In this document: positions 17,998 through 27,283 of the stretch, in pieces
Position numbering within the stretch: the stretch's first letter is position 1
How the letters are laid out: every line of letters begins with the position of its first letter
Assembly (NCBI GenBank): GCA_963717365.1
Contig: OY970327.1
Span: 927,752-991,751 of the forward strand
Origin: Candidatus Saccharimonadia bacterium
GTDB taxonomy: Bacteria > Patescibacteriota > Saccharimonadia > Saccharimonadales > 2-12-FULL-41-12
Direction: 5' to 3'
DNA length: 64,000 nt
Position numbers and translations under genes: made by a program
The notes under the pieces: generated by a model
What the model saw: the letters and a program-made list of their open reading frames with translations, nothing else
Database searches by the model: none
What the model was told of the DNA's origin: nothing

Positions 17998-18582
17998 CTA
18001 TCGTTTCTTTTTCTTTTTTGATTTACCGGCTTTGCGTTTCTTTGCGGCTTTTGATTTCGGCTTGACTGGTTCGGGTTTAATAATGGGTGGATCAGGAGTA
18101 GGAGCGGTAGACTTATCCCGAATAGTAATAACAGGCCTAACTCTGAAGTTATAAGTCACGACAACCAACCCAATAATAAACAACCCTGCAGCTATGAGTA
18201 CCCGGTTTCTACCTGAATTGTCTTCCGGTTTTGGCGACAAGTCTGTCTTTAGTGTGCTGCTGGGTGTAACTATGGCATCCGGCGTTGTTTGATTTGGGCT
18301 AGAGACAACACCAAGCGGACGATTACCATTTTGACTAAGCAATGAAGTTCCGTTATTGTCCTGAACGGTTCCAGTTTCTTTCTGAGTGTTCAAAGAATCC
18401 TGTGCTTGACCTAATTGAGGTTGAAGCCCGCCGCTACCACTTTGGAGACTTGCTTGCGCGCCAGCTGAGCTCGTCAATAGTAATACATAGACAAGGGCCA
18501 CCAAAAGACTCAAACAGGGGTAAATAATTCTATGTGTTATCAAGATATAGGTATTGTAAACGCTTACAGCCTCCTTCGCCAC
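17998..18582 (-). CDS. Secreted protein with C-terminal TM anchor and poly-Lys tail, unknown function
   Basis: Signal-like LSLLVALVYVLLLTSSAGAQA. Low-complexity S/T/Q/P region. TM helix VLIAAGLFIIGLVVV and the tail KSKAAKKRKAGKSKKKKKR. The start is uncertain (it overlaps the upstream stop by 19 nt). Confidence 0.5.
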   Translation of the reverse strand: MAKEAVSVYNTYILITHRIIYPCLSLLVALVYVLLLTSSAGAQASLQSGSGGLQPQLGQAQDSLNTQKETGTVQDNNGTSLLSQNGNRPLGVVSSPNQTTPDAIVTPSSTLKTDLSPKPEDNSGRNRVLIAAGLFIIGLVVVTYNFRVRPVITIRDKSTAPTPDPPIIKPEPVKPKSKAAKKRKAGKSKKKKKR

Positions 18583-21341
18583 TTTCTAAGTAGTAAATAA
18601 GTGGCTATCAAAATTATTATGATAATTACGCTCAGAGCCAGTAGTGTTTTGATTGTATCAAAACGGGCATATTTAGAAGTCTGCTTTGTCGCTAATTCGG
18701 ATTGATTGTCTGCTCCAGGCCCCGGAGTTAGATGAGCAGATATCATAGAGCCAAGTGCTGAGCCTGAGCCCGTGTCCTGAGAACTTTCAGCAACACTCGT
18801 TTCAGGATAAGTGGTTTGATTATCGTTTGGGTCTGAGCTTGATTCGACCTGAGTTGAAGGAGCCATGTCAGTAATCAAAGAATGTTCAGAATTTGCTATT
18901 GTTTCATTTGTCGGTGGGGTAGCTGGCGTCTCATCGATAAAGCCATCACAAGCATCATCGGTACCATCTTGGTCTTTGTCTTGCTGGGCCGGGTCAATAA
19001 AAAGACAGACCTCATCTTTATTGTCCACACTATCGCCGTCGATATCTGTTGCGGTAGCTGCTACGTAGACTATTTTTTGAACATCAATTGCTTCACCGGC
19101 TTTATTTTTTGTCTCCATATGAACGGTATGAAAGCCGGAGACTAGACCGCTAGGTATGGTAAAAGTACTGGTGAGCGCGCCGTTGCTATTTGCCGAGGGG
19201 CTGGTAAGTGTAACTGACTGAGAATCTATCCGGAGTACAGCATTACTATTTGGCAGAAGGTCTTTAGTTGTAAGAGTGACAGTTTGTCCCCGCGCAATGA
19301 CATTTTGAACCAAATTATCTTTAAATAGTATTTTCCGGGAAGCCAGCAGATAAGGTCCTGACCCAACTAAACTGTTTGCCCCCGCAAAAGAGGGCTCGAC
19401 AGTAGAGTGGTTAGCCGTCGGCATTGAGCTTTTAAAATTGTTGGTAGCACCGGCAATCGCATCGCTTAATAAACGGTGGCCAAGCTGGTTCGGGTGAAAG
19501 CTTTCGCGCCCAGTAAAGTAACCATCCAATGTATAGTCTCCGCCAATAGGTATAGAAAAGGATTTATCGTCACCGACAGTGACGCCATGGACGGCCACTT
19601 GACTGCTTTTAGTCTCGCAAAGACGGTAGCCTTCAAAGGCCTGCTCAACGTCAATGTATTTAACGCCTACCCTTGCCGCTGCAGCTTTTATAACAGAATT
19701 TAAATATTCTATGAGTTCATTAGAAAAACGAATTTCTGCCTGATCCAAACGGACATTTACGGCACAATTACCATTTGGGTCAGCTAAAGAAGGGTAGCCA
19801 ACTACATATATCGCTGCTCCGCTGCCTGCTCCGCTTTTTACACTCTCAAGCGTACTCACCAGCTGGTCAAACTTTGAATTAATAGTATAAACTACGTTCA
19901 AACGATCTTGCTGACTTGCGTAACATGTTCCGGGCGCCAAACAAGCAAGGATAATCTTGCCAAAACCAATGTCATTACCTGATATTGAAACCGTGACATG
20001 GGCGGGTTTATTGCGATCAATAAAATTTACCTGTGGCCGGTACCCCGGCAAGTAATTCGTCAGTATCTCATGGTCATGACTTGGATCGTTTCGCCCCTTT
20101 GACTGTGCGGCAGTCTCTGAGTAGTTATAACTAACAATGTCTTGGAGTCGAGCGCCAGAACAGGCAACCGACTGTACGCTATTGAGGGCAGTCCGTACAC
20201 CAAGCAGATAAGGGTACGACAAGGTTGATAAGTGGCAGCCGTTAAATGGCTGCCGTACATCAGTGCCAGGCTTGTAACTAAATGCCCCTTCTCCGGATGC
20301 GAATGAGTCACCGAGGGCCAGATAATCGAGCAAGGATTCCTTTTCGCCATAAGCTGTTAGCGTTAGGTAACTAAACTGACCGGTGGTTTTTCCGAGGTAA
20401 AGCCGGAGCGTATGGTTGGTACTAAAACGGACATGTCGGACGCCATTAAAATTTACAATCTGACTTTGCGCTAAGGGTAAAATATTTCTAAACTGACAAT
20501 TGGCTGACAATAAGGGATTAGCATTAGCGACGCACGTGGATAAATCATACAATCTGACAATGCCGTACGAAAGATCTGAAGTGAATACAAAACGTCCGTC
20601 GCCCGAAATTGCCGAAACAAAGTGCGGCCGGGTGCCTACCCCATGATTGTAGCCAGACTGGAATAATAGCGATTCGCCGGTTTCTAAATTAATACGCCGC
20701 ATACCTTGCATATGGATATCTCCAACTGCCCACTTGGCATTATCCGAGAAATATACTTCAGTGAGGTCTATTAGATTTCTTGCTGGGTCTGTTAGCCCAA
20801 CACCGGCAACACCAGATTTAAGTCGGTGGATAATTGTGCCATCTGGCTGAACTTCTGTAGTAATATTGTCCGCTACGTTCTTTATTAGATAGCGGTAAGA
20901 TCCATACAGTCCCCCGCTCATATATAAGGCGTCACGGCTGTTTGGGATTGGCTGCAAAGTTAAGTTACCGCCAGCAGAATTTTTAAGCGGTCCGGCAACT
21001 GAATGATCGTGTAGTCTAATTAAGTTATCTGTGGCAGACTGATGGCCAAAAGCAGTCTGAACGGCACAGACCTGACGTGAAATCTCGGCTTGAGCACCGG
21101 CTAATTTCTGGGGCGTGGTTACAAATTTTGTATTGGCGGCACAATCTTTATTGCTATAAGCAGGTAAAATATTTGCCGCCACATTGCTAGTCAACTCTTT
21201 AAAAATCGGTGCTTCAACCTTGAACCAGGCAGAGTCTGAAGTGGTTTGCGCGCTAGCTGAAGGCAGGCCAAGCAGTGCGGCAAACACCACTCCGGCTAAG
21301 GGCAATAAAAACCACTGGTAGTGAAATGTTGGCATACGCAT
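18564..21341 (-). CDS. Large secreted SGNH/GDSL-family hydrolase with thrombospondin-type-3-like Ca-binding repeat and C-terminal TM anchor
   Basis: Signal peptide LPLAGVVFAALLGLPSASA. SGNH block I is LALGDSFASGEG, with a later block ISGNDIGF and a C-terminal block HPNQLGH. D-rich repeat DIDGDSVDNKDEVCLFIDPAQQDKDQDGTDDACD. C-terminal TM plus RKWRRRL. Confidence 0.7.
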   Translation of the reverse strand: MRMPTFHYQWFLLPLAGVVFAALLGLPSASAQTTSDSAWFKVEAPIFKELTSNVAANILPAYSNKDCAANTKFVTTPQKLAGAQAEISRQVCAVQTAFGHQSATDNLIRLHDHSVAGPLKNSAGGNLTLQPIPNSRDALYMSGGLYGSYRYLIKNVADNITTEVQPDGTIIHRLKSGVAGVGLTDPARNLIDLTEVYFSDNAKWAVGDIHMQGMRRINLETGESLLFQSGYNHGVGTRPHFVSAISGDGRFVFTSDLSYGIVRLYDLSTCVANANPLLSANCQFRNILPLAQSQIVNFNGVRHVRFSTNHTLRLYLGKTTGQFSYLTLTAYGEKESLLDYLALGDSFASGEGAFSYKPGTDVRQPFNGCHLSTLSYPYLLGVRTALNSVQSVACSGARLQDIVSYNYSETAAQSKGRNDPSHDHEILTNYLPGYRPQVNFIDRNKPAHVTVSISGNDIGFGKIILACLAPGTCYASQQDRLNVVYTINSKFDQLVSTLESVKSGAGSGAAIYVVGYPSLADPNGNCAVNVRLDQAEIRFSNELIEYLNSVIKAAAARVGVKYIDVEQAFEGYRLCETKSSQVAVHGVTVGDDKSFSIPIGGDYTLDGYFTGRESFHPNQLGHRLLSDAIAGATNNFKSSMPTANHSTVEPSFAGANSLVGSGPYLLASRKILFKDNLVQNVIARGQTVTLTTKDLLPNSNAVLRIDSQSVTLTSPSANSNGALTSTFTIPSGLVSGFHTVHMETKNKAGEAIDVQKIVYVAATATDIDGDSVDNKDEVCLFIDPAQQDKDQDGTDDACDGFIDETPATPPTNETIANSEHSLITDMAPSTQVESSSDPNDNQTTYPETSVAESSQDTGSGSALGSMISAHLTPGPGADNQSELATKQTSKYARFDTIKTLLALSVIIIIILIATYLLLRKWRRRL

Positions 21342-21501
21342 ATCCTCTCCTGACGCACCACGACATAGGTGTTATAAGAGAATATTGACAGCCAATTATG
21401 AATCCGTGGTTAAACTTTTAAGGTTAACCAAACGGACATATTTATATGCATGTACTTCCTTGTTTACAAGTAGGCTTAAACTCTAGCGTCTTTACAGCAA
21501 C

Positions 21502-21546
21502 CTGCTAGCCAAATTTCATGAGAAGTTAATGAAGTTTCGCTAGCAG
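21502..21546 (-). terminator. Stem-loop downstream of the GT4 gene (possible terminator, no clear U-tract)
   Basis: CTGCTAGCCAAATTTCAT ... ATGAAGTTTCGCTAGCAG forms an imperfect stem of about 16 bp around a 9-nt loop. Confidence 0.35.
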
Positions 21547-21584
21547 TAAATGCATTGTACCCAGGCGACTTTTGAAATACGGGC

Positions 21585-22691
21585 TTATATGAGAGCTTCT
21601 TTATAGACATTAAGCGTCTGCTCGGCCATCGTTTGCCAGGAATATTTCTGAACTTGTTTGTGGCCGTTCAAGACTAGTTTTTTACATAATTTTGAGTCAT
21701 CAAGAACATCTTCAATAGCCGCTGCGGTTTCTTGCAAGCTATACGGATCAAAATAATGGGCTGCGTCCCCATAAACCTCAGGCAAACAAGTTGCGTCGCT
21801 GCTTACCAGCGGACAGCCATGCGCCATTGCTTCTAGGCCCGGCAGGCCAAAACCTTCACTTAACGAAGGCAGCACATAGGCAGCGGCATTTTCATATAGC
21901 CACTTCAGTTCATTGTCATCTATAAAGCCGGTAAAGCGGATAGACGAATAGGAAGAACGCTCCTTAGCCCATTGTTCAAGTTCTTTGAAATAAAATTCTT
22001 TTTTCCCAATCAACACCAGTGTCAGATCTGGTTTCCGTGTTAACAGTAGCTCAAACGCCTTAATTAGATGACGTAGATTCTTGTGGGGGAACGGGCTGCC
22101 AACATGCATAATGAACGGCTTTTTAATATCATCGAGCGGCTCTGCCGGCTGATGAATTGGCGGCTCACTGGCTTCGTAGGTGACAGCAGTTTTACCTCTG
22201 GTGAAGGGATATAAATCAGCCAGATCTTTGGCAACAAACCTAGTGGGTACGATAATTCGTTCACTTTTCTGATGGGCAACCAAAAACATGATCCGGTAGC
22301 CAAGTTTTTTTAGCCAGAAAATAGGTAGCGGCGTCTTTCCGGCACGTATAAACCGGAGCATAGTTAGGTCATGCGTGGTAGTTACTGTCCGTCCCTGGTA
22401 GGTAAGCGGCTGTTGGGTCATTGTAAAGTGAACTAAATCCGGCTGCAAGGAACGCAACTGGTAAGAAAATCGGAAATCATTCAAAGGGTTAAACGAAAAC
22501 TGAGGAAACGGACAAGGCTGGACGTCAAAATTCAGCGCTCGGGCGCGCCACGGGTCATCTGGCTGGACTAAAACGGTAAAACGATGGGAAGAGCGGGTGG
22601 TTTGCAAATGCTCAAGCAGGCGGTCGATATAACGCCCCGTGCTGGAACGGCGAATCCGCGCGTCAATGACAATATGTTTACTTTCACTCAT
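21585..22691 (-). CDS. Glycosyltransferase family 4 (GT-B, GT1/GT4 type)
   Basis: C-terminal GT-B motif is LPSLSEGFGLPGLEAMAHGCPLVSSDATCLPEV. 368 aa. Confidence 0.85.
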   Translation of the reverse strand: MSESKHIVIDARIRRSSTGRYIDRLLEHLQTTRSSHRFTVLVQPDDPWRARALNFDVQPCPFPQFSFNPLNDFRFSYQLRSLQPDLVHFTMTQQPLTYQGRTVTTTHDLTMLRFIRAGKTPLPIFWLKKLGYRIMFLVAHQKSERIIVPTRFVAKDLADLYPFTRGKTAVTYEASEPPIHQPAEPLDDIKKPFIMHVGSPFPHKNLRHLIKAFELLLTRKPDLTLVLIGKKEFYFKELEQWAKERSSYSSIRFTGFIDDNELKWLYENAAAYVLPSLSEGFGLPGLEAMAHGCPLVSSDATCLPEVYGDAAHYFDPYSLQETAAAIEDVLDDSKLCKKLVLNGHKQVQKYSWQTMAEQTLNVYKEALI

Positions 22692-22718
22692 ATAGGTACT
22701 GTTACAATTATACGAGCA

Positions 22719-24020
22719 ATGGATACATTTAAGAAATATCTGTACTGGACGGCTTTGGCGCTATTTATCTATATGCCTTTCCATATTTTTCTGTCCCAAT
22801 GGCTAAGTACTTACACGAACGGCCTGGACGCCTGGAAAATCGGCAAAGATGTCGTGACTGCCCTCCTTGTGGCAGCACTAGTCGGTACCGTACTATTGAC
22901 ACGAAAATACACTAAACCCTATCTGGTACTGCTTGGTTTTGCCGCCGTATATTTTTTGCTGCATATTGTATTGTGGTTTGGTACGAACCAGCCAAACGAT
23001 ACGGGCCTATTGGCAACCGTATATAATAACCGGCTGATCTGGTATGTGTTGATTGGTTACAGCTTGGCAATTTTGGCCCCCAAGCTGGCTAAGCCGCGTC
23101 GGTTAGTGGAAATATTCCTGATTATTAGCACAGTCGTAGCCGTACTGGGAATTGTCCAGCGATTTCTGCCGGCCGATTTCCTGACTAATTTTGGCTACAG
23201 TATCGAGCGGGGAGCCAAGCCTAGTTTTGCAATTGACGACAAGCCCGACCTGCCTCGAATTTTTTCCACCATCCGCGATCCAAATTCGCTTGGTGCATTT
23301 TTAATCTTGCCCTGCACGATTCTAGGGATGGCCTTGGTGCGCAGATGGCGTACCTCGGAGCGTATGCTTCTGGCAGGGTTGCTTATGCTGCACGTTCTGG
23401 CACTATTGCTGACTTTTTCGCGCAGCGCCTTGATCGGTGCGATTTTGGCGGGTATTGCCGGCTTAGCATTTATTTTCCGGCAATCCATCCGGGCACATCT
23501 ACATAAATTTGTATGGCTATCCGTCGCTTTATTTATCATGCTGGGCGGCATAGTATTTATTCTCCGCGACCAGTATGTCGTACAAAACGTAGTATTCCAT
23601 GCCGATGAGAGCACCACGCTGGATGATCCGCAGGAACTGCGCGTAGACTTCCTGCAAAAGGGACTGAACGGCGTGGCTGACAATCCGGAAGGAAATGGCC
23701 CCGGTACGGCAGGGCTGGTCTCTACGCGTCTGCCACAAGGTGGTCTGCTGACTGAAAATTACTATCTGCAGATTGCTTACGAAGTAGGTATTGCCGGCCT
23801 GCTGCTATTCCTGGCCTTTCTCAGTTTTGTACTGATACAGTTATGGACTCTTCGCCAGAACCGTATCGTCCAAGCGTTGCTTGCCAGTTTTGCCGGCCTG
23901 ACATTTATTAATCTGTTATTCCATGGCTGGAGCAACGAAGCGGTGGCGATTGCCTGGTTCATGCTGGCCGGTGTGGCGCTTGGCTCGCCTGTCAAGACGC
24001 TACAGCGGCTAAGTAAATAG
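22719..24020 (+). CDS. O-antigen ligase/polymerase-like (Wzy_C-type) polytopic membrane protein
   Basis: About 10-12 hydrophobic helices. The LLLTFSRSALIGAILAGIAG motif region is typical of O-antigen-ligase family loops. The start was moved from the track's 22584, which overlaps the divergent GT4 gene, to the ATG at 22719 (MDTFKKYLYW). Confidence 0.7.
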   Translation: MDTFKKYLYWTALALFIYMPFHIFLSQWLSTYTNGLDAWKIGKDVVTALLVAALVGTVLLTRKYTKPYLVLLGFAAVYFLLHIVLWFGTNQPNDTGLLATVYNNRLIWYVLIGYSLAILAPKLAKPRRLVEIFLIISTVVAVLGIVQRFLPADFLTNFGYSIERGAKPSFAIDDKPDLPRIFSTIRDPNSLGAFLILPCTILGMALVRRWRTSERMLLAGLLMLHVLALLLTFSRSALIGAILAGIAGLAFIFRQSIRAHLHKFVWLSVALFIMLGGIVFILRDQYVVQNVVFHADESTTLDDPQELRVDFLQKGLNGVADNPEGNGPGTAGLVSTRLPQGGLLTENYYLQIAYEVGIAGLLLFLAFLSFVLIQLWTLRQNRIVQALLASFAGLTFINLLFHGWSNEAVAIAWFMLAGVALGSPVKTLQRLSK

Positions 24021-24091
24021 TGTGATTTAGCCTATTTTCAAAAGTGTATCGTTCGTGTATCACTATTCAATGTTTTACCCCTGTTATTTCG

Positions 24092-24126
24092 TACGAATGT
24101 GATACATGCGATGTATCACATTCGTA
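24092..24126. terminator. Perfect 16-bp hairpin between convergent genes
   Basis: TACGAATGTGATACAT-gcg-ATGTATCACATTCGTA. It lies between the stops of the 22719..24020 (+) and 24187..25152 (-) genes. No U-tract on either side. Confidence 0.5.
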
Positions 24127-24186
24127 AGTAGTAAAAATACAAAGAGCACAGCAGATTTTAAGCCTACTGTTTTCCTGCTTAAATTT

Positions 24187-25152
24187 TCATAAAGTAGGGA
24201 TTTTGGGCGGACGCCCAATGTGTAATATCTCTTCAAGCTGGTCAGAATGCAGCTTTCGGTTCTTTTGAATTGCGTGCCGGTCACGCAGTATGCCCGGCAG
24301 AAAGCCAATAAAACTGAAAACGGAGCGCAGCCAGACGTGCGGTTTTAGATCCATGAGCGAACGGGCGGTAGTGCGGGCAAACTGATACAGAAAAAACGGC
24401 AAATATTTCCAGTACAGCTTTGCCGGCATGTTTTTTGTATAGAGCATTAAAAAATTCTTAATTGAATGGTAGCGGGTAAAGTCGCCCAGTTTTGAGCTGG
24501 TACCGCCGACGTGGTGGTAGGCAACCGCGGACGGTATGTACATTACGCTCCAGCGGGCTAGCTGGGCTCGGAAAGAGATGTCCACGTCCTCAAAATAAGC
24601 AAAGAACCGTTCATCAAATAAGCCTATATCGCGGAACATTTTTGCATTGTATAAACTGGCTCCGCCAGAGGCTCCAAATACGATGTTCACCGTTTCGTAT
24701 TGCCCGGTATCTTTTTGGTTGCGCCCCCTGGGGAATGAAATGCCCCAAGTGGAATAATAATCGCCGGTACTGTCAATATGGATCTTGTCGTTGCGCATAA
24801 GTTTGCCGGTGATGATGCCGGCATCCGGATTTTCACGGAGTTGTTTTACCAGTTCTTCCAGCCAATTTTTGGTAGCAATGGCGTCGTTATTGAAGAGGGC
24901 TACCGCGTCAGCGCCATTATTAAGCGCGTGTTTAATGCCAATGTTAACCCCGCCCGCAAAACCATAATTCCGTCTCCTCTTTATAAGTTTTACCTCAGGG
25001 AAACGCTTCTCAATAATAGCCACAGAATCATCTTCTGAACCATTATCGACCACAATAATATATGCCTTCATGGACTGCGCCTGCAAAGACTTCAGGCAGT
25101 CAGCAATCATGTCAGCGCCGTTCCAGTTGGGAATTACAATAGCTGTCTTCAT
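24187..25152 (-). CDS. Glycosyltransferase family 2 (rhamnosyltransferase-like)
   Basis: AIVIPNWNGADMIADCLKSL, IIVVDNGSEDDS, LFNNDA and the DVDISFR (ED-like) motif are typical of GT-A/GT2. Confidence 0.85.
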   Translation of the reverse strand: MKTAIVIPNWNGADMIADCLKSLQAQSMKAYIIVVDNGSEDDSVAIIEKRFPEVKLIKRRRNYGFAGGVNIGIKHALNNGADAVALFNNDAIATKNWLEELVKQLRENPDAGIITGKLMRNDKIHIDSTGDYYSTWGISFPRGRNQKDTGQYETVNIVFGASGGASLYNAKMFRDIGLFDERFFAYFEDVDISFRAQLARWSVMYIPSAVAYHHVGGTSSKLGDFTRYHSIKNFLMLYTKNMPAKLYWKYLPFFLYQFARTTARSLMDLKPHVWLRSVFSFIGFLPGILRDRHAIQKNRKLHSDQLEEILHIGRPPKIPTL

Positions 25153-25267
25153 TTCTTATGTAATCTTACCACTTATGCGGCCCTCTTAAAGCCAATTCTT
25201 ACCTATCTGAGGTATCTTCGCTCAAAACTCCATAGAAGTACGCTATAATAAGGGGCAAGCAAACCAT

Positions 25268-26074
25268 ATGAAACATGTATTTTCTAAGCAAAACCGGGCG
25301 CTGCTTGCAGAACTGGTTAGAACCGATTTTAAACTTCGCTACCAAGGCTCGGTTCTTGGCTATGCCTGGTCGTTGCTACGTCCGTTGCTGTTATTTTTGA
25401 TTCTCTATATAATTTTTGCTAAATTTATAAAACTGGGCGGAAATATTCCATATTTTCCAATTTACCTGCTACTCGGTATTGTGCTCTGGACCTTTTTTGC
25501 CGATATGACCAGCCAAAGTCTTGGGTCTATCGTGGGACGCGGCGATCTTATTAGAAAAATTCGTATCCCGCGGTGGATAATCATTATCTCGTCCAGCGTA
25601 TCGGCACTCATTAATCTTGCGCTCAACATGCTGGTAGTCGTGATTTTTATGATCTTTAACAAAGTAGATCTGCTACAAACTACCTTGTGGTTGCCCCTGA
25701 TTTTAATCGAAGTATTTATACTGGGGCTTGGCCTGTCGCTCTTTTTGGCAGCCGCCTTTGTAAAATACCGCGATATCAGTTATATCTGGGAAGTAATTCT
25801 CCAGGCTGGATTTTACGTCACGCCGATCTTGTATGCCATGACATTTATCACCAATGTCGACTATCAGAAAATTTTACTTATGAACCCAATGGCCCAGGCA
25901 ATCCAGGATGCCCGCTACGCCGTGGTTTCACATCATCCTGACGTTATAACAATTGGTAGCGCGTTTAATAATGATTTGATTAGGCTAGTGCCGATTGGAA
26001 TGTGCGTACTGGCGCTAGTGGTTGGCGTGCTGTACTTCAAAAAAGAAGCCAAGAGCTTCGCGGAGAACTTGTAA
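25268..26074 (+). CDS. wzm: ABC-2 type polysaccharide exporter permease (Wzm/TagG-like)
   Basis: N-terminus ELVRTDFKLRYQGSVLGYAWSLLRPLL is the ABC-2 signature region. Six hydrophobic helices. Immediately followed by the ATPase. Confidence 0.85.
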   Translation: MKHVFSKQNRALLAELVRTDFKLRYQGSVLGYAWSLLRPLLLFLILYIIFAKFIKLGGNIPYFPIYLLLGIVLWTFFADMTSQSLGSIVGRGDLIRKIRIPRWIIIISSSVSALINLALNMLVVVIFMIFNKVDLLQTTLWLPLILIEVFILGLGLSLFLAAAFVKYRDISYIWEVILQAGFYVTPILYAMTFITNVDYQKILLMNPMAQAIQDARYAVVSHHPDVITIGSAFNNDLIRLVPIGMCVLALVVGVLYFKKEAKSFAENL

Positions 26075-27283
26075 ATGCCGGATAATATAGCGATAAAAAT
26101 CAGCCATCTGGATAAGTCTTTCAAGCTACCCCATGAAAGGCACTCGTCGCTTAAGGGCGCCTTCGTTAATATTCTTAAAACAAAGCGCACGTACGAAAAG
26201 CAACATGTTCTAAAAGACATTTCGTTTGAAATAAAAAAAGGGGAATTTTTTGGCATCGTCGGCCGCAACGGCAGCGGCAAGAGTACGCTCCTCAAGCTTC
26301 TGGCGGGGGTTTACTCGCCTGATAAGGGAGACATAAGTATAAATGGCAAACTTACTCCTTTTATTGAACTGGGCGTTGGCTTTAACCCTGAGTTGACTGG
26401 CCGTGAGAATGTCTTTCTAAACGGCGCGCTGCTTGGATTTTCGCGGAAAGAAACCGAGCTTCTCTATGACGAAATCGTAGAATTTGCAGAGCTTGAAAAT
26501 TTCATGGACCAGAAACTTAAAAATTATTCATCGGGTATGCAGGTGCGTCTGGCATTCTCGATTGCTATCCGGGCAAAAAGTGAAATTCTGTTGCTGGATG
26601 AAGTGCTGGCTGTGGGTGATGCTATCTTCCAAAAAAAATGCTACGACTATTTTAAGCAGCTCAAAAGAGATAAACGGACAGTCGTTTTTGTGAGCCATGA
26701 TACCGGCGCGTTGCAGGAGTACTGCGACAGCAGCGTACTGATTGAGGCCGGCGAACTTGTGTACAAAGGCGGCATCGACACCACAATTAAAAAGTATCTT
26801 GATATTGTTAATGAATCCGAAGACGAGACTGCTTCAGAAGAAGTGCGTACCAGATGGGGAACTGGTAAGGTACTCATTGATACGACCGAGATAATTCAGA
26901 ATAACAGTAAAAAGACCCGAAAACCGTTCCGGGAGGGCGAGTCCATCGAAGTTATTGTCAGCGCCACTGCCGCCGAAGACGTCATCAGCCCTGTTGTCGG
27001 CATTACACTACGGGACCTGACTGGCAAGATAATCTTTCAATCCAATACCTTATGGTGCCAGGTAAAAACCAATGACCGCAAAGCCGGCGAGACAATCAGG
27101 ATTGGCTGGAAAATCCCCAATGTCTTTAACACCGGGACGTACGCCATATCACCGGCAATTTCTGACTCGTCGGGTATTGAGGTGTATGATTGGCTGGAAG
27201 ATGCAGCCGAGTTTAAAGTTTCTAAAATACAAAAAAGCCACGCTGTTGTAAACTATGAGCATGAAATTAAGTTGCTGCCATGA
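26075..27283 (+). CDS. wzt: Polysaccharide ABC exporter ATP-binding protein with extended C-terminal domain (Wzt/TagH-like)
   Basis: Walker A is GIVGRNGSGKSTLL, the signature is YSSGMQVRLAFSIA and Walker B is ILLLDEVLAVGD. About 150 extra C-terminal residues lie beyond the NBD, where O-antigen-end-binding domains occur in Wzt proteins. Confidence 0.9.
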   Translation: MPDNIAIKISHLDKSFKLPHERHSSLKGAFVNILKTKRTYEKQHVLKDISFEIKKGEFFGIVGRNGSGKSTLLKLLAGVYSPDKGDISINGKLTPFIELGVGFNPELTGRENVFLNGALLGFSRKETELLYDEIVEFAELENFMDQKLKNYSSGMQVRLAFSIAIRAKSEILLLDEVLAVGDAIFQKKCYDYFKQLKRDKRTVVFVSHDTGALQEYCDSSVLIEAGELVYKGGIDTTIKKYLDIVNESEDETASEEVRTRWGTGKVLIDTTEIIQNNSKKTRKPFREGESIEVIVSATAAEDVISPVVGITLRDLTGKIIFQSNTLWCQVKTNDRKAGETIRIGWKIPNVFNTGTYAISPAISDSSGIEVYDWLEDAAEFKVSKIQKSHAVVNYEHEIKLLP

